Source of the DNA: Thermoproteota archaeon
GTDB lineage: Archaea; Korarchaeota; JAOZGF01; JAOZFZ01
Direction of reading: 5' to 3'
Length of the DNA stretch: 64,000 bases
Assembly (NCBI GenBank): GCA_027492035.1
Contig: JAOZFT010000004.1
Span: 32,001-96,000 of the forward strand
Position numbers and translations under genes: made by a program. Below, in pieces: positions 9,916 to 20,062 of this stretch. The notes under the pieces were generated by a model that was given only the letters and a program-made list of their open reading frames with translations, had not been told where the DNA came from and did no database searches. The first letter of the stretch is position 1. Each line of letters opens with the position of its first letter.

Positions 9916-10650
9916 TTGAATGAATACTGCTTCTACCTAAACAAAGTAATTAAGCAAAAAATAGATGAGACAGTGAGGTGGAGGTTTTACAGGTATGGGA
10001 AAGGGGAACATAAGGGACCTAAGTTAAAAATAAACGTAACAGAAAAGAGGATAAATGTAAAAGCTAGTTTCATGTATGAAAACCTTATTGAGTGGATATA
10101 TATCCAACTCACAAGGAAAGAAAAACATAAAATAAAAGGTAATATCGAATCCTACTTTAACCTGGAAGAGTTACTGCCTGAAACTAAATTAACCAAAAAA
10201 ATAAGAAAAACCGCCCAGAAACAAATCCTCAAAATAGATGACGAAATAACTTTAACTCAACTGAAAACCCTCTTTTCAAAAGTAGCGCCTTTCTCATACA
10301 TGTTTCTTTCACTTCAACCTGTTGAGAAAGGGGAGATAGAGAAAGTTAAGACAAAAAAGAAATTCCCTAAACCTGAAAAGCTTTTAGAACCTGAACTAAG
10401 CTTCACCTCAGCAACTTTTCCATATTCACAAGAGAACTTGGTTTTTATTACTGAATTAGTTGCACCTGACTTCACAACACCTAAAATCTTTAAAGAATTC
10501 ATGATTGAAAACGAGTTCAACATTTTAGAATTTATACCTCCAGAGAAAGGAGAAGTCACAAGAAAAACTGTTAAAAGGAAAACAGAAATAAAAAGGAAAC
10601 TAACAGTCGACAAATACACCAAAGAGAGAAAAGTTTCAGTAGTTATTTGA
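9916..10650 (+). CDS. conserved archaeal hypothetical protein
   Basis: Long ORF with genome-typical composition; N-terminal FYRYGKGEHKGP segment resembles an uncharacterised archaeal family (recollection, not searched). Confidence 0.65.
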   Translation: MNEYCFYLNKVIKQKIDETVRWRFYRYGKGEHKGPKLKINVTEKRINVKASFMYENLIEWIYIQLTRKEKHKIKGNIESYFNLEELLPETKLTKKIRKTAQKQILKIDDEITLTQLKTLFSKVAPFSYMFLSLQPVEKGEIEKVKTKKKFPKPEKLLEPELSFTSATFPYSQENLVFITELVAPDFTTPKIFKEFMIENEFNILEFIPPEKGEVTRKTVKRKTEIKRKLTVDKYTKERKVSVVI

Positions 10651-10858
10651 CAAGAAGAATATTTAATGGGAAAGAGAATACCTTTAGAGCTTTTGACGTG
10701 AATTTTAAGTCTATAATGCCTTAAAAACAACTAAATGAACGGTAAATGTGCAAAAAGCATGGTAAAGTTGCTTTTTTCCACCCTTCAATTTTTAAATGAA
10801 GAAACCCCTTTACGATTAAAAGATTCTTCTTTTAATTCAAGGAGGAGGCAAGAAAGGT

Positions 10859-12148
10859 ATGATGCTTAAATCTACCTTAATGTTTGATTACGCCAGTTGG
10901 ACTAAAAGAATACCGGAAAACATAATAAGAAAACTTTTAAAATACAAAACTAGGTATTACTTTGCCGGCGGAAAACCAGGCATTTTGCCCACAGAAATCT
11001 TTGCAAGAATTTTGGTTGATTTAGGGGTTAACCAGTTTCAAAAACTTTTAAATGGAAAGGAAAGGGAAATTGTGGAGGAGTATAATTACGGACCCACAAG
11101 TGGATTGGATTCATTTAAGGAAGTACTAAGTAAATTTTTGAAGGAACACGACAGGTTAAGGGTTCCTCCTGAAAATATAGTTATAACTACTGGTTCACAG
11201 CAATCAATTTATGCTCTACTAGACTCCTTAATAGATCCTGGAGACGTAGTTTTATCTTCTAACCCTACCTACCTTGGATTCATGAATGTAGCTGAAAAAC
11301 TTCAAGCTAAAATTGTAACGTTGCCAACTGATGAGGAAGGGGTAGTGACAGATTACCTTGAAAAAATATATGATGAAACAGTTAAAGAGTTAGGGAAGAA
11401 ACCTGAAATCATTTACGTAATCCCGGATTCAGATAATCCCACAGGAACCACTTTGCCTTTGAAGAGAAGAAAAGCCCTTTTCAACTTTGCAGCTGAAAAC
11501 AACATTTTAGTAATGGAGGATGCAGCCTATAGGGAGATTCAATTTAGGAAAAAAATTCCTCCAATGAAAAGTTTCGACGAGGAAAACAAGCTAGTTGCTT
11601 ACTTACGTACCTCTTCAAAAGAGGCTGCACCGTTCAGAGTAGCTTACAATGTAATTCCAGAAGGATTAATTAAAGAAGTAATAAAGGCAAAGGGATACTA
11701 TGATCTTTGCACCGCAAAAATACTGCAAAAAATACTTGAGATATATTACTCAAAATATATTGATTTAGTGCTGCCTAAGACTGTAAAAAGGTATAGGGAG
11801 AGATGTGAAGCCATGTGTAAATCCTTAGATGAATCATTTCCTGAAGGGGTGAGAACAGACCCGAAAGGAGGCTTCTTTGTTTGGTTTAGGTCAGCAAAGA
11901 AATTTAATGCATCCAAACTTCTTGTGGAGGAAGCCATTCCGAATGATGTTGCTTACGTCCCTGGGGAAGCATTTTTCACAACATATGGTTACTTTTACAA
12001 CCCAGACATTAATAAATTAGAAAGAACGAAACCAAGAAAGAATACAATGCGGCTAAGCTTTTCTTACATGACACCTGGAGAAATAAGAGAAGGAGTAAAA
12101 AAACTTGGAACAATCTTAACCGAAAAAATCGATAAATACTTAACTTAA
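10859..12148 (+). CDS. PLP-dependent aminotransferase class I/II (LysN/ARO8-like)
   Basis: FAGGKP, YGPTSG, ITTGSQQ, NPTG, EDAAY, TSSK (PLP lysine), GGFFVW, MRLSFS. Confidence 0.9.
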   Translation: MMLKSTLMFDYASWTKRIPENIIRKLLKYKTRYYFAGGKPGILPTEIFARILVDLGVNQFQKLLNGKEREIVEEYNYGPTSGLDSFKEVLSKFLKEHDRLRVPPENIVITTGSQQSIYALLDSLIDPGDVVLSSNPTYLGFMNVAEKLQAKIVTLPTDEEGVVTDYLEKIYDETVKELGKKPEIIYVIPDSDNPTGTTLPLKRRKALFNFAAENNILVMEDAAYREIQFRKKIPPMKSFDEENKLVAYLRTSSKEAAPFRVAYNVIPEGLIKEVIKAKGYYDLCTAKILQKILEIYYSKYIDLVLPKTVKRYRERCEAMCKSLDESFPEGVRTDPKGGFFVWFRSAKKFNASKLLVEEAIPNDVAYVPGEAFFTTYGYFYNPDINKLERTKPRKNTMRLSFSYMTPGEIREGVKKLGTILTEKIDKYLT

Positions 12149-12247
12149 AACACTTAGATCTTAAAAAGAGGTAAGGCCAAAGCTTCTTCAGTAATAAAGA
12201 TTATTTCTTGTTTTAAATTGGAAAACCGTAACATTTTTAAAATTAAA

Positions 12248-12272
12248 TATTGGTTGGATTATCCAGCCAATA
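12248..12272. promoter_or_regulatory. 25-bp palindromic operator candidate upstream of DUF4430/ECF-S genes
   Basis: TATTGGTTGGAT-T-ATCCAGCCAATA, 11 of 12 arm positions complementary, just downstream of a TATA-like AT tract. Confidence 0.6.
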
Positions 12273-12315
12273 ATTTATGCAACACTTTTTAATTTTGAAG
12301 GAGGTTCTTGGAGAA

Positions 12316-12756
12316 ATGGATAGGGGAACTCAAATAGCTATTTCATTAACCATAGTAGCTATTCTATTTTCATCTTTTGCTTTAATACATTCCCAGCAAG
12401 GCATTAACAGAGTAGAGAAAAGGTTGAATGAGTTAGAGTCTTTACTTTTAGTGAAAGCAGAAATAATTATAGATTACGGAAACGGTACAAAAACAACCTC
12501 CACAGTGGAGTTACCTAAAAATTCAACACTTCTTGATGCATTGAGAAAAGTAGCTGTGACTGAGGAAAAGAAATTTGATTTCGGAATTTTGGTGGAGTCA
12601 ATTAATGGTGTTAAGAATAATCCTTCAACCAAAAAGTTCTGGATTTGGTATATTTTCCAAAATAACCAGTGGAAAATGGGGCAAGTTGGTGCAGATCAAG
12701 AAATACTGCAAAATAATGCTAAGTATAAGTGGTCCTACGAGGCATATTCTTCCTAA
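12316..12756 (+). CDS. DUF4430 (transcobalamin C-terminal-like) membrane-anchored protein, probable cobalamin-binding
   Basis: N-terminal TM helix, then IDYGNG...TLLDAL...FGILVESINGV.N....FWIWY....MGQVGADQ, typical of DUF4430; start placed at ATG 12316 after GGAGGT. Confidence 0.8.
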   Translation: MDRGTQIAISLTIVAILFSSFALIHSQQGINRVEKRLNELESLLLVKAEIIIDYGNGTKTTSTVELPKNSTLLDALRKVAVTEEKKFDFGILVESINGVKNNPSTKKFWIWYIFQNNQWKMGQVGADQEILQNNAKYKWSYEAYSS

Positions 12757-12790
12757 CTTTCCATTCATAAAAGGGGGTAGTAGTTTTTCT

Positions 12791-13327
12791 ATGATTGAAA
12801 ACTACACTAAAAAATTGTCTTTAGTGACTGTTCTAAGTTCTTTAGCTATTGCCTTAGAGATTGTAAAGTCTATTTCTCCCGGGGGATTTGTCTTATTAGC
12901 TGGCATAGAACCTGTTACTCTGTTAGTTGCTTTGGGAGGAACATTACTGGGCCCTCTTTACGGTTTTTTTCAGGGTTTAGTGACAAACCTGCTTTACAGT
13001 TTTTTCTTAGGGGTGTCTGTTATTTTACCCTTTACAGCCTTAGGTTTCGGATTGATTGGTTTCTTGGCTGGTTTACTGCAAAAGTACTTAAAAAATGATA
13101 ACCAAGTTATTTTGGGTTTAATGGGATTTTCTTATTCCCTGCTTTTCGACCTTTTAACAAATATCGCCCATGCTTTCCTGTTCAATATTCCAATTGAAGT
13201 ATCGCTAATAGCTGGTTTTCTACTTCCCCCATTTATAGGCGTAAAGCACTTGATAAGTAATTTCATTCTTTTCTCCTTTGTTTTCCCTATCCTTAAAAAG
13301 AAAATAGAGTTAATTGTAGGTGTTTAA
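12791..13327 (+). CDS. ECF transporter S component (CbrT-like, probable cobalamin)
   Basis: About 6 TM helices, IEPVT...G..LGP.YG and YSLLFDLLTN...H.ISN motifs; directly follows the DUF4430 gene; start re-assigned to ATG 12791. Confidence 0.75.
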   Translation: MIENYTKKLSLVTVLSSLAIALEIVKSISPGGFVLLAGIEPVTLLVALGGTLLGPLYGFFQGLVTNLLYSFFLGVSVILPFTALGFGLIGFLAGLLQKYLKNDNQVILGLMGFSYSLLFDLLTNIAHAFLFNIPIEVSLIAGFLLPPFIGVKHLISNFILFSFVFPILKKKIELIVGV

Positions 13328-13351
13328 GCAAAGTAGTTTAGCCATGTAAAG

Positions 13352-14680
13352 TTAAGCCATGAGATATTTCTCAATTTCCCAAGGAGTAACAGCCTCCCTG
13401 TATTCACTCCATTCCTTCATTTTCTCTTTAAAGAAAGTGTTGGACACGTGGCTTCCCAGTGCTTTCACAACTATTTTATCTTTTCGAAGTTCCTTTAAAG
13501 CCTCAAACAAGGATCCAGGGAGGGTTTCAATGCCTAACTTGTTTTTCTCGGTTTCATTAAGGTGGTAAAGATCTTTATCCAAAGGTTCGCCTGGGTCTAT
13601 TTTCTCTCTGATTCCGTGAAGCCCAGCTTCTAAAACAGCTGGGAATAAGAGGTAAGGGTTAGAAAGTGGATCCGGACATCTATACTCAAGCCGTGCATGT
13701 TTCTTCCTGCCTGGAAAATAATGAGGAACCCTCACTAAAGCGGATCTGTTTCTTCTACTCCAAGCAACGTAAATTGGAGCCTCATAACCAGGAACTAACC
13801 TTTTGTAGCTATTAACTGTCGGCGCAGCAATAGCTGAAAGAGCTTTTGCGTGTAAGAGTAAGCCCCCAATGAAGTATTTAGCTGTTTCGGAGAGGCTGCC
13901 ATATCCTCTCTCATCAAAAAAGAGGTTTTCGTTTTCCATGTTAAAAAGACTTAAATGTATGTGCATACCGTTTCCTGCCGCACCATGGAAAGGCTTAGGC
14001 ATAAAAGTGGCTATAAAACCATGCTGCCTAGCCACTTCCTTGGCTACAAGCTTATAGAGAATAATGTTGTCGGAAGTTGCCACAGGGTCAGAAAACCTGA
14101 AATTGATTTCATGCTGGCCGGAACCTACTTCATGATGATAAGCCTCGATTTTGAATCTTTCATTTTTAAGTAAGTGCGATGAAAACGACATTCTGAATTC
14201 TTCAGTTAAATTGCTTCCAGGGGACATGTCAAAATACATGCCATCATTAATTCTTTCGACAGGAACCACTTTGCTGGAAGAATCCCTTTTCAAAGTGTAA
14301 AACTCAACCTCTGCCCCTACAAAGAACTGAAACCCTAATTTATTGGCTTTTTCAAGAGATTTTTGGCAAACAAATCTAGGATCTCCCTCAAATCTCTTGT
14401 TCCCCGGCCTATAGATATCACACAGCAACGCAGCAGTCTTTTGCTGAGGCAGTAAAGTAAATGTTTCAGGATCTGGTTTCATCACCATATCGCTTTCATA
14501 TATTTCAACAAAACCCGGAATCGACGAGCCATCAAAACCTATACCTTCCTCTAGAATGTTTTTCAAAACTGAAAAGGGAACTGTTCTACCCCTTAAGTAA
14601 CCATTAACGTCTGCAAAAAGCAAATGCACAAACTTAATTCCCTTCTCTTCCCCCTTCTTCATCACATCATCAATGCCCAT
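13352..14680 (-). CDS. glnA: glutamine synthetase type I
   Basis: FDGSSIPGF, ESDMVMKPD, HHEVGSGQHEI, FMPKPF, GNGMHIHLS, NSYKRLVPGYEAP, RLEYRCPD. Confidence 0.96.
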   Translation of the reverse strand: MGIDDVMKKGEEKGIKFVHLLFADVNGYLRGRTVPFSVLKNILEEGIGFDGSSIPGFVEIYESDMVMKPDPETFTLLPQQKTAALLCDIYRPGNKRFEGDPRFVCQKSLEKANKLGFQFFVGAEVEFYTLKRDSSSKVVPVERINDGMYFDMSPGSNLTEEFRMSFSSHLLKNERFKIEAYHHEVGSGQHEINFRFSDPVATSDNIILYKLVAKEVARQHGFIATFMPKPFHGAAGNGMHIHLSLFNMENENLFFDERGYGSLSETAKYFIGGLLLHAKALSAIAAPTVNSYKRLVPGYEAPIYVAWSRRNRSALVRVPHYFPGRKKHARLEYRCPDPLSNPYLLFPAVLEAGLHGIREKIDPGEPLDKDLYHLNETEKNKLGIETLPGSLFEALKELRKDKIVVKALGSHVSNTFFKEKMKEWSEYREAVTPWEIEKYLMA

Positions 14681-14787
14681 AAGCTTCTCACCAAATGTGT
14701 AAAATGGTTTTTTTGTTGTAATAAAGAATATAAAATTTAAATGTTATGGTGTACATTTGTCCAAAAAAAATAAAAAGGTGGTGATGA

Positions 14788-15234
14788 ATGTTGATAGATG
14801 AATCAGATAAAAAAATTTTGAAACTTTTAAATGAGGATGCTAGACTTTCCTATAGGAAAATATCTCAAAAAACAGGTCTCTCCGTGGGAACAGTAATTTC
14901 AAGAATAAGGGAAATGGAGAAAAAGGGGATTATTAGAGGGTATGGCGCTGTTTTAGACCCTGAAAAAGTAGGTTACGACATCGCCGCCATTATTGAAATA
15001 ACTATAGCCAAAGGGAAACTTTTAGAGGTTGAGAAAAATATTGCTGGTAAAAAAAATGTTTACGGCGTTTACGATGTGACAGGAGACACAGATGCAATAG
15101 TGATTGCGAGATTTAAAACAAGAGGAGAGTTAAGCAAATTCGTTAAGTCCTTGTTAAGCATGGAGTATGTTGAAAGAACAATAACTCATGTAGTACTTTC
15201 AATTGTTAAAGAAGATTTTAGAGTGTTAATTTAA
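14788..15234 (+). CDS. Lrp/AsnC family transcriptional regulator, divergent from glnA
   Basis: IDESDKKILKLLNEDARLSYRKI HTH; RAM domain VYDVTGDTD. Confidence 0.93.
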   Translation: MLIDESDKKILKLLNEDARLSYRKISQKTGLSVGTVISRIREMEKKGIIRGYGAVLDPEKVGYDIAAIIEITIAKGKLLEVEKNIAGKKNVYGVYDVTGDTDAIVIARFKTRGELSKFVKSLLSMEYVERTITHVVLSIVKEDFRVLI

Positions 15235-15326
15235 GGGAAGGAAACAAAAATGTATTTTTTTTAGGTTTTTTAAAGTAGTTGCCAAAAAAAAGAAATACCG
15301 TTTATAGGAAGAAAAAAGGGAGGGTG

Positions 15327-16526
15327 TTAGAGCTTAGGTAAATCCTTCACCATTTCTTCAAAACTTTTCTTTTGTGACGTTCGACTGTAAACAGTGGGGT
15401 TTCCAAAAAAGGGAGGTAGCATTTGTTCACTTTGCCTTGGCAACGGTGCCCCTTGCTGGAAAAAGACGTTAGAAGATGATTCATCTTCAACTGATTCAAC
15501 TTCAGTTAGTGGAGTTAAGATAGATTCAGACTTAACTCCAGTTAAAATAAGTATTACTTCTACTTCATCTCCCTTGCTTTCGTCAAGCTGTACACCCCAT
15601 CTTAAATATGCTCCTGGCAGGATTTGGTTAGCTATTGTTTCAGCGGCACCTTTAACTTCATTCAGTGTTACCTTCCTTCCTGCTATTATGTAAATTAAGG
15701 CTGCATTTGCCTCAGTTATATCTACATCCAGGAGAGGATTTCTCAATGCATTTTCTACAGCTTCCTCTATCCTGTTTTCACCCTTACCTACCCCATGACC
15801 TATTAAAGCAACTTTTCCCCACTTAAGCACAGTTTTTATGTCTGCAAAATCAACATTTACTAGCCCTTTCTGGAAAGCGGCCTCTGACACGGCTTTTATC
15901 ATTTTTCCTAGGAGTTCACTTGCTACACCGAAGGCCGCTTCAATTGTTTCTGCACCTGCAACTTCTGACAGTTTCTCGTTATCTATTACAATAACTGTGT
16001 CAGCATATTTTCTTAATTCCCTTATCCCGTATTTTGCAACTTGTATTCTTGGCCCTTCTAATTTGAAAGGAAAAGTAACAACTGCAACCACTATCGCCCC
16101 TTTTTGTTTAGCTACTCTCGCAACTACAGGTGCCGCACCTGTACCTGTCCCCCCACCCATTCCTGCAGCTATGAAAACTAGGCCGTATTTACATTCCTCA
16201 AGTAAACTGTCTATTTTGTTAAGGGATCTTTCAGCCGCCATTTTTCCAATGGAGGGGTTCCCTCCAGCTCCTGTTCCATCTGTTAATTCACGCCCTATCA
16301 ACACTTTGTAGTCAGCGAGGCATTTGTCTAAGTGGTCCTTGTCTGTGTTTATTATTGCCAAGGTTACATTTTTTACATTTAGTGTTTTTAGGTAGGTTAT
16401 GGTGTTCCCTCCAGCCCCACCAACTCCTATAGCAAATATTTTTCGTGCTGTTTTGGTTTCTCCAGGATAGGGAGCCTGGTAAGCGTTGAAAGTTCCTGTT
16501 TCAAAGGGAGCAAGACCATCAAACAT
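15327..16526 (-). CDS. ftsZ: cell division protein FtsZ
   Basis: GVGGAGGN, NTD, GAGGNP, tubulin signature GMGGGTGTG, PFKLEG, IDNEKL, T7 loop NVDFAD. Confidence 0.95.
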   Translation of the reverse strand: MFDGLAPFETGTFNAYQAPYPGETKTARKIFAIGVGGAGGNTITYLKTLNVKNVTLAIINTDKDHLDKCLADYKVLIGRELTDGTGAGGNPSIGKMAAERSLNKIDSLLEECKYGLVFIAAGMGGGTGTGAAPVVARVAKQKGAIVVAVVTFPFKLEGPRIQVAKYGIRELRKYADTVIVIDNEKLSEVAGAETIEAAFGVASELLGKMIKAVSEAAFQKGLVNVDFADIKTVLKWGKVALIGHGVGKGENRIEEAVENALRNPLLDVDITEANAALIYIIAGRKVTLNEVKGAAETIANQILPGAYLRWGVQLDESKGDEVEVILILTGVKSESILTPLTEVESVEDESSSNVFFQQGAPLPRQSEQMLPPFFGNPTVYSRTSQKKSFEEMVKDLPKL

Positions 16527-16603
16527 TTCTTTTATTCACCTTTCTTTTAGTATTTTTTAATTGAAGTAATTGTAAGAGAAGGGGGAGAGAGTAAATAAAA
16601 TTT

Positions 16604-16645
16604 AAATTATTACATTTGTAATAATTTTGTTTTACACGTGTAAAA
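16604..16645. promoter_or_regulatory. tandem palindromic operator pair (TTACA-NN-TGTAA x2) upstream of ftsZ
   Basis: AAATTATTACA-tt-TGTAATAATTT (16604-16627) and perfect TTTTACACGTGTAAAA (16630-16645); centres 22 bp apart. Confidence 0.65.
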
Positions 16646-16871
16646 ATTTTATTTTTTTGGAAAGGAAAGAAATACTTTTCTTTAACTTCATATTCTTAAG
16701 TAAAGTTATTTTAGGGTTTTTTGTTTTCTTGTTCATGGCTGATGATGTAAAGTGTCCTTTAAACATTCTTTTTAAATGGGTTCTTACGTAAGTTTCCATT
16801 AGTTAAACAATATTTAATTTTTCTATGTTTTTGGGAGAGGAATGTTCCAGAGGAAAAGAAGGTGAGGAAAA

Positions 16872-17612
16872 TTGAAAGTTTTTGCAGTTTATGGTTTCAA
16901 AGGATCAGGTAAAACAACGGTGGTAAGTAAAGTAATAAGAGAGCTTGGTAAGAGAGGGTATAGGGTTTGTGCGTTCAAAAACACCCATATTTCAGGTTTT
17001 TCCATTGATGAAAGGAATAAAGATACTTGGGTTTTTAGTAGGCATGGAGCAGTGGCTGTGGGAATAAGGGCAGATAGTGAAACATCATTCATTTTTAAAA
17101 AAAAGTTTTCATTGAACGAAATCATCAGTTTCTTGGATTGTGATTACTTAGTACTTGAAGGATTTAGGGATGAAATTGTTCCAAAGATACTTTGTGCAAA
17201 GGACGTTGAGGAGTTGACCAAAAGTTTTCATGAACTTGTTTTTGCAGTTTCAGGTGTAGTGTCTAATACTATAGAAAATTATAAGGGAGTGCCTGTAATC
17301 AATGCTTTGAAGGAAACAGACAGGTTAGTTGATTTAATAGAGAAGAAAGTTTTTCCTAAAATTCCTGAACTGAATTGTGGGAAATGCGGTTTTGGAAACT
17401 GCAGAAATTTTGCGGTGGCTGTGTTGAAGGGTGAAACTCCATTTAAGAAATGTGTTGCTTCATCTTCAAATGTTAGGATTAAGATTAATGGTAGAGATAT
17501 TCCTCTCTCACCGTTTCCAGAGAGGGTGGTGAGGAACGTTATTTTAGGGGTTGTGTCTTCCTTGAAAGGGTACAGGGAAAGGGGAAAGGTGGAAATCAAG
17601 TTGGAGAATTAA
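16872..17612 (+). CDS. mobB: molybdopterin-guanine dinucleotide biosynthesis protein B with Fe-S domain
   Basis: GFKGSGKTT P-loop, KDTW, VLEGF, C-terminal NCGKCGFGNC...C Fe-S motif. Confidence 0.88.
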   Translation: MKVFAVYGFKGSGKTTVVSKVIRELGKRGYRVCAFKNTHISGFSIDERNKDTWVFSRHGAVAVGIRADSETSFIFKKKFSLNEIISFLDCDYLVLEGFRDEIVPKILCAKDVEELTKSFHELVFAVSGVVSNTIENYKGVPVINALKETDRLVDLIEKKVFPKIPELNCGKCGFGNCRNFAVAVLKGETPFKKCVASSSNVRIKINGRDIPLSPFPERVVRNVILGVVSSLKGYRERGKVEIKLEN

Positions 17613-17629
17613 GAGGGGATTAAAAGTTT

Positions 17630-19738
17630 TTATATTGCGCAGGTTTCACAGTAGTAATCAAGTTCTGAAAGGACGCGGGAGTTCTCCATTTTTTCTAAGG
17701 GGAAGGAAGTTATTACTTGCAGTTTCCTTGAACCATGCCTATAAACAGTTATTCCCTTAGCTCCAAGTTTGTACGCTAACCAGTAAATTTTCTCTACGTC
17801 ATTAGGTGTAGCGTAATGTGGAAGATTTATCGTTTTTGAAACAGAGTTATCTACATATTTTTGGAAAGCTGCCTGTATTTTTACATGCTGTTCTGGAGGT
17901 ATGTCAAATGTCGTCACGAAAAGTTTTCTCACCCTTTTGGGGATTTCCTCCACGTCCTGTATTGAAAGTTTGTTAGCTATTTTCTTGATTAATTCTTCAG
18001 AGTAAAAACCCTCCTTAACAGCTATTGCTTCGAACAATGGATTAATTTCAAGTAGATTTCTACCTAAACTTTCAGCTAAATTCCTCATAAAACAAATAGA
18101 GAACAAAGGTTCTATGCCTGAGGAACAGTTTGCGATTATACTTATTGTTCCTGTTGGCGCTACTGAAGTAACTGTTGCATTCCTGAGGGCTTTGTATCCC
18201 TTTTTATCCCATATGCTTCCCTTGAAATTAGGAAAGCTTCCTTTTTCAAGACCTAACTCAACAGATTTCTTCCTTGCTTCTTCAGAAATAAACTTCATAA
18301 CTTTTTCAGCTATTTTAACAGCTTCCTCTGAAGCGTAGGATATGCCCAGTTTAATAAGCATATCAGCGAAACCCATCACTCCCAGACCTATTTTTCTATT
18401 AGCTTTTGTAGCTCTTTCTATTTGCGGAATAGGGTACTTATTAGCATCAATTACGTTATCCAAAAATTGGACAGCTAACCTAACTGTCTCCCTCAGTTTC
18501 TCCCAATTTATTTGGTTATCCTCCACCATGAGGGACAGATTTATTGAACCTAAGTTGCAGGATTCATAAGGAAGAAGGGGTACTTCACCGCAAGGATTTG
18601 TGCTTTCAATAACGCCTACGTGAGGAGTTGGATTGTACTGGTTTATTCTGTCAATAAATATTAGGCCTGGTTCACCGTTTTTCCAAGCCATTGTAACTAT
18701 CAAGTTCCAAATTGCAAGGGCCTTCAATTTCTTGACAGGTTTATTTGTCCTGGGGTTTATTAATTCAAAGTCCTTACCTTTCTCCACTGCAGACATGAAT
18801 TCATCTGTTACAGCTACAGAAAGATTGAAATTGCTTAAAACCCCCTCTTTTTCTTTAGCAACTATAAAATCGAGAATATCAGGATGGTCAACCCTAAGTA
18901 TTCCCATGTTAGCCCCTCTCCTTTTCCCTCCCTGCTTTATAACATCTGTAGCTACATCAAAAACTCTCATGAAAGAAACAGGACCAGATGCTACACCTCC
19001 GGTTGACCTGACCACGTCTCCCTTAGGCCTAAGCTTTGAGAAAGAAAATCCTGTTCCTCCACCTGATTTTTGGACAAGAGCCATGTATTTCACGGCGTTA
19101 AAAATACTTTCCATGTCATCTTCTACAGGAATTACAAAACAAGCTGATAACTGCCCTAAATCTGTTCCAGCATTCATCAGGGTTGGAGAGTTAGGAAGAA
19201 ACTCAAGTTTAGTCATCATCTTATAAAATTTCTCTTCTAACTTCTTGATTTCTTTCTCATTCTTTTTATACTTCCTTTCAACCTCAGCTATCGTCTTCGC
19301 AACTCTACGGAAAAGTTGAGCTGTAGTTTCAATTACTCTACCGTTTTCATCTTTTCTCAAATATCTTCTTTCAAGGACAAGTATTGAGTTAAGTGGAAGC
19401 TTCAATTCGTCAGTGATCCCTAATGAAGCTTTAACCCTCCTTATTTCAGCCCTTTTCTGCCTGTAAAGGATGTAAGCCTTAGCCGTTTTGTAATGCTTAT
19501 TTTCAACAAGAACTTTCTCCACTAGATCTTGAACCTGTTCAACACTAGGTATTTCGCCTGGTTTCAACTTTTTCTTAAGCAATTCTACAACTTGGCCAGC
19601 TAATTCTTCCGCCTTCTTTCTATCTTTCCCACCTACAGCCTTAGCAGCTTTCCATATTGCCTCAGTTATTTTTTCTTTGCGAAAAGGAACTTTCCTTCCA
19701 TCTCTTTTAATTATTTCTTTTATTTCCCCGCTTTCCAA
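17630..19738 (-). CDS. nrdJ: class II (adenosylcobalamin-dependent) ribonucleotide reductase with N-terminal ATP cone
   Basis: [10 protein letters not shown]...[12 protein letters not shown] cone; [49 protein letters not shown]; C-terminal CxxC; no intein. Confidence 0.93.
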   Translation of the reverse strand: MESGEIKEIIKRDGRKVPFRKEKITEAIWKAAKAVGGKDRKKAEELAGQVVELLKKKLKPGEIPSVEQVQDLVEKVLVENKHYKTAKAYILYRQKRAEIRRVKASLGITDELKLPLNSILVLERRYLRKDENGRVIETTAQLFRRVAKTIAEVERKYKKNEKEIKKLEEKFYKMMTKLEFLPNSPTLMNAGTDLGQLSACFVIPVEDDMESIFNAVKYMALVQKSGGGTGFSFSKLRPKGDVVRSTGGVASGPVSFMRVFDVATDVIKQGGKRRGANMGILRVDHPDILDFIVAKEKEGVLSNFNLSVAVTDEFMSAVEKGKDFELINPRTNKPVKKLKALAIWNLIVTMAWKNGEPGLIFIDRINQYNPTPHVGVIESTNPCGEVPLLPYESCNLGSINLSLMVEDNQINWEKLRETVRLAVQFLDNVIDANKYPIPQIERATKANRKIGLGVMGFADMLIKLGISYASEEAVKIAEKVMKFISEEARKKSVELGLEKGSFPNFKGSIWDKKGYKALRNATVTSVAPTGTISIIANCSSGIEPLFSICFMRNLAESLGRNLLEINPLFEAIAVKEGFYSEELIKKIANKLSIQDVEEIPKRVRKLFVTTFDIPPEQHVKIQAAFQKYVDNSVSKTINLPHYATPNDVEKIYWLAYKLGAKGITVYRHGSRKLQVITSFPLEKMENSRVLSELDYYCETCAI

Positions 19739-20062
19739 TTAAGCCACCTAGAAAACAAAGATTTCAAAGATGAAAATTTTTTTAAGGGGGAAGCTGCCGA
19801 GAAAGGAACATGATTCAAATACACAACTACTTTACTTACGTGAATAATAAAGGCACCCAAGAAAAAGGGGGTATACCTAAGAATTTTAAAACTTTTCTGA
19901 TTTGAAAAAAATTTACCTGTTACAAGTAAAGATAAACGAAAAGAAAAACTCGAAGGAGGAGAAAAATAAAAATTAATTAGTGAAACACAAATAAGAAACG
20001 TTGCAAGTTTTTGAAAAACAGAAATTTCTTCAGGAAAAAAGGAAAAAGGAGAGAGGTTCCAT

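Noticed and set aside
12575-12790. N-terminal 72 aa of the ORF-track call for the ECF S component
   Set aside because: Overlaps the DUF4430 gene in another frame; the membrane protein plausibly starts at ATG 12791.
17630-19738. Possible intein in the class II ribonucleotide reductase, a frequent intein host
   Set aside because: Catalytic motifs are contiguous and the length leaves no room; no C...HN signature.
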